Below, one piece after another: positions 18,332-20,704 of a stretch of DNA of 20,704 bases (its first letter is position 1; each line of letters starts with the position of its first letter). This DNA is from a virus (Duplodnaviria > Heunggongvirae > Uroviricota > Caudoviricetes). The stretch lies in IMG/VR virus record IMGVR_UViG_2778261463_000014. One strand, written 5' to 3'. The notes under the pieces were generated by a model. It saw only the letters and a list, made by a program, of their open reading frames with translations, had not been told where the DNA came from and searched no databases. The position numbers and the translations under genes are program-made.

Positions 18332-19189
18332 ATTCGTAATGATTACCTAAATACGTTATTCTTTTGTTCAAAAAGTGATTTTGCTATAGATAGGGAGTAT
18401 GTTCTTGGATTAAGAATAAAAATCGCCATGAAAGAGCTTCATGGCGAGTACATAAACGTACAAAATGTGATGAAAGTAGAGTGGCGTAAGCCACTATATT
18501 AAGATGTGACAATAGCGAAGAAAAGTAAATAACATTTTATGGACGTTTAATTGTTAATTATAAAAACTAGAGTGCCCGATATTGTTTACCTTGCTTTAAA
18601 ATAATGTACTCAAACCAAATTTTTGAGCTAAAAGCTCAAATAATATAAATGCAATAATAATGTTTAATAAGACAATTAGCTTGCTTTGTATTTTCATTTC
18701 GGAATACTGTTAAGTAACTTTGATGACCCTAACAATAGATCGGAATTTTCTTAGAGTCAATGGTCACTGTTTTTGCTTGCAAAGCAAATGTTTTGGTGGT
18801 TATAAGTTGTCTTAATATAGTCACGCATGCAACTTGTTCCATGCGGAGATTAAAGATTGGAATATAACGCTAAGATGGAATTAAATTACATTTGCAATAA
18901 TCAATTTATTATTACTCAATAATTACCGATATTATTATTGTAAATTAATCATTAGAGTGCAAAAAGAAATGTAACGGCAAAATAAGAGGACGATAGCTGA
19001 GAAAAAAGCGTGCTTTCCCAATCTGGGGCAAATCACGTCTGAATGACACCTGAAAACAGGTGGTAGCCTCAAGAAGGCTTGGAATATTCTTCTTTAATGT
19101 TATGTAATTCATTGATTTTTCGTGTACGATTTAAAGACATTTATTCCAAGAAAAATTTTTAACTCTTTGATTTTTCGACTCTGTATCAT

Positions 19190-19251
19190 CGGTCTCGAAA
19201 ACCGGAGTGGGGGCAACTCCACCGGGGGTTCAAATCCCCCTCTCTCCGCCA
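19190..19251 (+). other. tRNA-Ser(CGA)-like 3' fragment (anticodon stem-loop through CCA); not an intact tRNA gene
   Basis: CGGTCTCGAAAACCGGAGTGGGGGCAACTCCACCGGGGGTTCAAATCCCCCTCTCTCCGCCA matches the 3' two-thirds of a class II serine tRNA; the 5' half (acceptor 5' strand and D-arm) is absent upstream. Confidence 0.75.
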
Positions 19252-19297
19252 AAATTCAATCACTTATACATCATTAAGTCAGTGACAAAAATCACAC

Positions 19298-19332
19298 TTG
19301 GAATTACTTGGAATATTTTCTTGGAATATTTT
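19298..19332. repeat. Three tandem direct repeats (CTTGGAATTA / CTTGGAATATTTT / CTTGGAATATTTT) overlapping the last codons of int2
   Basis: Read directly from the sequence; arrangement parallels the three P' arm sites abutting the 3' end of lambda int. Confidence 0.6.
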
Positions 19333-20329
19333 CAGGTAACGGGACATCAAGTGTTGGTGAAACTTTAACCTTCCGGTCATAGATTAGCACTTGCCCTTCG
19401 GTTTTGTGACCAGAGAAAAGTTGCTTATCCCGGCTGCTTCCTTCATAGTCTGAAATTCCTTTCGCCTTCAGATCATGAAAGGTGAAGTCGGTTAAAATAC
19501 CTGAAACTTTGCCTGCGCGATTTCTTGCTTCTACCCACATTTCGTTAAAGCCTTTGTACATATATCGGTTGCCGTATTGATTGCTGATCACATAGGCGGA
19601 TTTTGGTAACTGTTTTGCTTTTTCGACCGCTGCCTGTAATCGTGGACTCCATGCTTTTATCTGTTTTTTCCCTGTTTTCCCTTGCTGGATAAAGATCCCG
19701 TCGTTTCCAATCTGCTCCCATTTCAGCGATAACACATCGGAAACCCTCGCTGCACACAGATAGGCAATTTCCATTGCGATAAAAACAGGAAGGGGTGCCA
19801 CGCTTAATACTGCCTGGTATTCTTTGTCGGTTACATATCGTTCGCGGTTTTTGGCCTTGAATTTACTTACACCTGCACATGGGTTAGCCTTCACGTACCC
19901 TCGCTCATACCCCCAACTGTAAACACGGGACATACTGCTTTTTTCATGGTTGGCTTGCGTTTTACTCTGTTCCCCTCTTTTGTCCATGTATCGACGGATG
20001 TGTTCTGGTTTTATGGAATCCGCTGGTACCTTACCGAATACGGCAAGCAACTTTTTTTGATGTTGCAGATAATCTTTTTGTGTTCTTGGACTAAGATCAC
20101 TGTAACAGGCGCTGGCGAGGAATTTTTCCCACAAGCGACCGAATGTCATTGCACGATCGCGATTATTTACAGTTTCCTCATACTTTTTCCATAAAGCAGC
20201 TAAACCATCCTTGATGGCGGTTAGTGTTACAGATTCTCTGGATGTTGGTTTCCATACATAACTATATTTATTTGGGTATACATTTGGAGGTAATTTTTCG
20301 TGTTCAGGATTTTTCCTTCGTCTTCCCAT
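19304..20329 (-). CDS. Lambda-family integrase (tyrosine recombinase)
   Basis: 341 aa; N-terminus MGRRRKNPEHEKLPPNVY resembles lambda Int MGRRRSHERRDLPPNLY; C-terminal GHK...(9 aa)...Y spacing as lambda H333/Y342. Confidence 0.9.
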   Translation of the reverse strand: MGRRRKNPEHEKLPPNVYPNKYSYVWKPTSRESVTLTAIKDGLAALWKKYEETVNNRDRAMTFGRLWEKFLASACYSDLSPRTQKDYLQHQKKLLAVFGKVPADSIKPEHIRRYMDKRGEQSKTQANHEKSSMSRVYSWGYERGYVKANPCAGVSKFKAKNRERYVTDKEYQAVLSVAPLPVFIAMEIAYLCAARVSDVLSLKWEQIGNDGIFIQQGKTGKKQIKAWSPRLQAAVEKAKQLPKSAYVISNQYGNRYMYKGFNEMWVEARNRAGKVSGILTDFTFHDLKAKGISDYEGSSRDKQLFSGHKTEGQVLIYDRKVKVSPTLDVPLPENIPRKYSK

Positions 20330-20532
20330 CAGATCGCACCAAAATTCGGCTCTACCTCGCGTGGTGGTAAAGTTTTATTGCAGGTAAATAGATCCCGGCT
20401 GACAATCGGTTTGCCACTACGATTGGTATAGAACGGAAGCCCGTTTTCCATTAACCATTTTCGCTGGTGGGTTGCATATTTGCAGCCCGTTAATATTAGC
20501 AATTCATCTTCGGTTAAAAATAAGCTGCTCAT
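20329..20532 (-). CDS. Putative excisionase / small DNA-binding protein
   Basis: 67-aa ORF immediately upstream of int2 with overlapping stop/start; assigned by position. Confidence 0.6.
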   Translation of the reverse strand: MSSLFLTEDELLILTGCKYATHQRKWLMENGLPFYTNRSGKPIVSRDLFTCNKTLPPREVEPNFGAI

Positions 20533-20548
20533 AGCTATATCTCATAAC

Positions 20549-20576
20549 CGCCGCTAACTATATGCGGTTAGCGGCG
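20549..20576. repeat. Perfect 10-bp inverted repeat (CGCCGCTAAC / GTTAGCGGCG, 8-nt loop) between the exo2 stop and the xis2 start
   Basis: Read directly; same position as the 1616-1647 hairpin in the first module but a different sequence. Confidence 0.5.
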
Positions 20577-20590
20577 ATCAGGGTTGAACA

Positions 20591-20704
20591 TTAAAAATCA
20601 GCCTGATTCGGGATCAGTTTTTGTATAGTGGCTGTTACGTATTTTGCCTGGTGAAGAGCGTCATCCAGAGCATTATGGCGCACGCCTTCGAATGGAATTA
20701 CGCT
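20591..20704 (-). CDS. 3' end (C-terminal about 37 codons) of a second exonuclease-like gene, paralogous to 1659-3290; continues beyond the window
   Basis: 20580-20704 aligns by eye with 1650-1775 at roughly 85% identity, with the stop at the equivalent position. Confidence 0.7.
   Translation of the reverse strand, partial: SVIPFEGVRHNALDDALHQAKYVTATIQKLIPNQADF

Larger units (their letters stand above)
19078..19332. other. Candidate phage attachment site: tRNA-Ser 3' core flanked on both sides by CTTGGAATATT arm-type repeats
   Basis: The exact 11-mer occurs at 19078-19088 and 19308-19318, with tandem relatives at 19298-19307 and 19320-19330, plus an inverted copy at 19141-19150; the core lies at 19190-19251. 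Confidence 0.55.

Noticed and set aside
19190-19251. Annotating an intact tRNA-Ser gene
   Set aside because: Only the 3' two-thirds is present; the upstream sequence does not encode the acceptor 5' strand or D-arm.

Overview
This window looks like an enterobacterial (E. coli/Shigella-type) defective lambdoid prophage followed by the start of a second prophage-like module. Left to right: (1) an integrase-excisionase-exonuclease module on the minus strand (20-3290), with nested IS remnants beside the exonuclease gene start (an IS3-family orfA fragment interrupted by a 5' IS30 fragment, 3329-4331); (2) a gene set I recognise from memory as the Qin-type cargo and late region in K-12 order: flxA, a ydfV-position ORF, relB-relE-hokD, rem, DUF968 ydfU, antiterminator Q (quuQ), cspF/cspB, zinc-ribbon ynfU, pinholin essQ, ydfR, SAR endolysin rrrQ, Rz/Rz1, cspI, ynfN, gnsB, ydfO, ynfO; (3) a lambda-like cos site, Nu1 (nohQ) and a terminase A gene that stops after about 350 codons and abuts the 3' part of a side-tail-fibre gene in another frame, then tfa. 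Head/tail morphogenesis genes and the immunity/replication region are absent. (4) After about 850 bp of AT-rich, ORF-poor DNA there is a tRNA-Ser 3' fragment flanked by repeated 11-mers (candidate att site), then a second, lambda-type integrase, an excisionase and the 3' end of a second exonuclease paralog running off the window. No CRISPR array, rRNA or intact tRNA was seen. All gene identities are from reading the translations and recalling the families; no database search was run.
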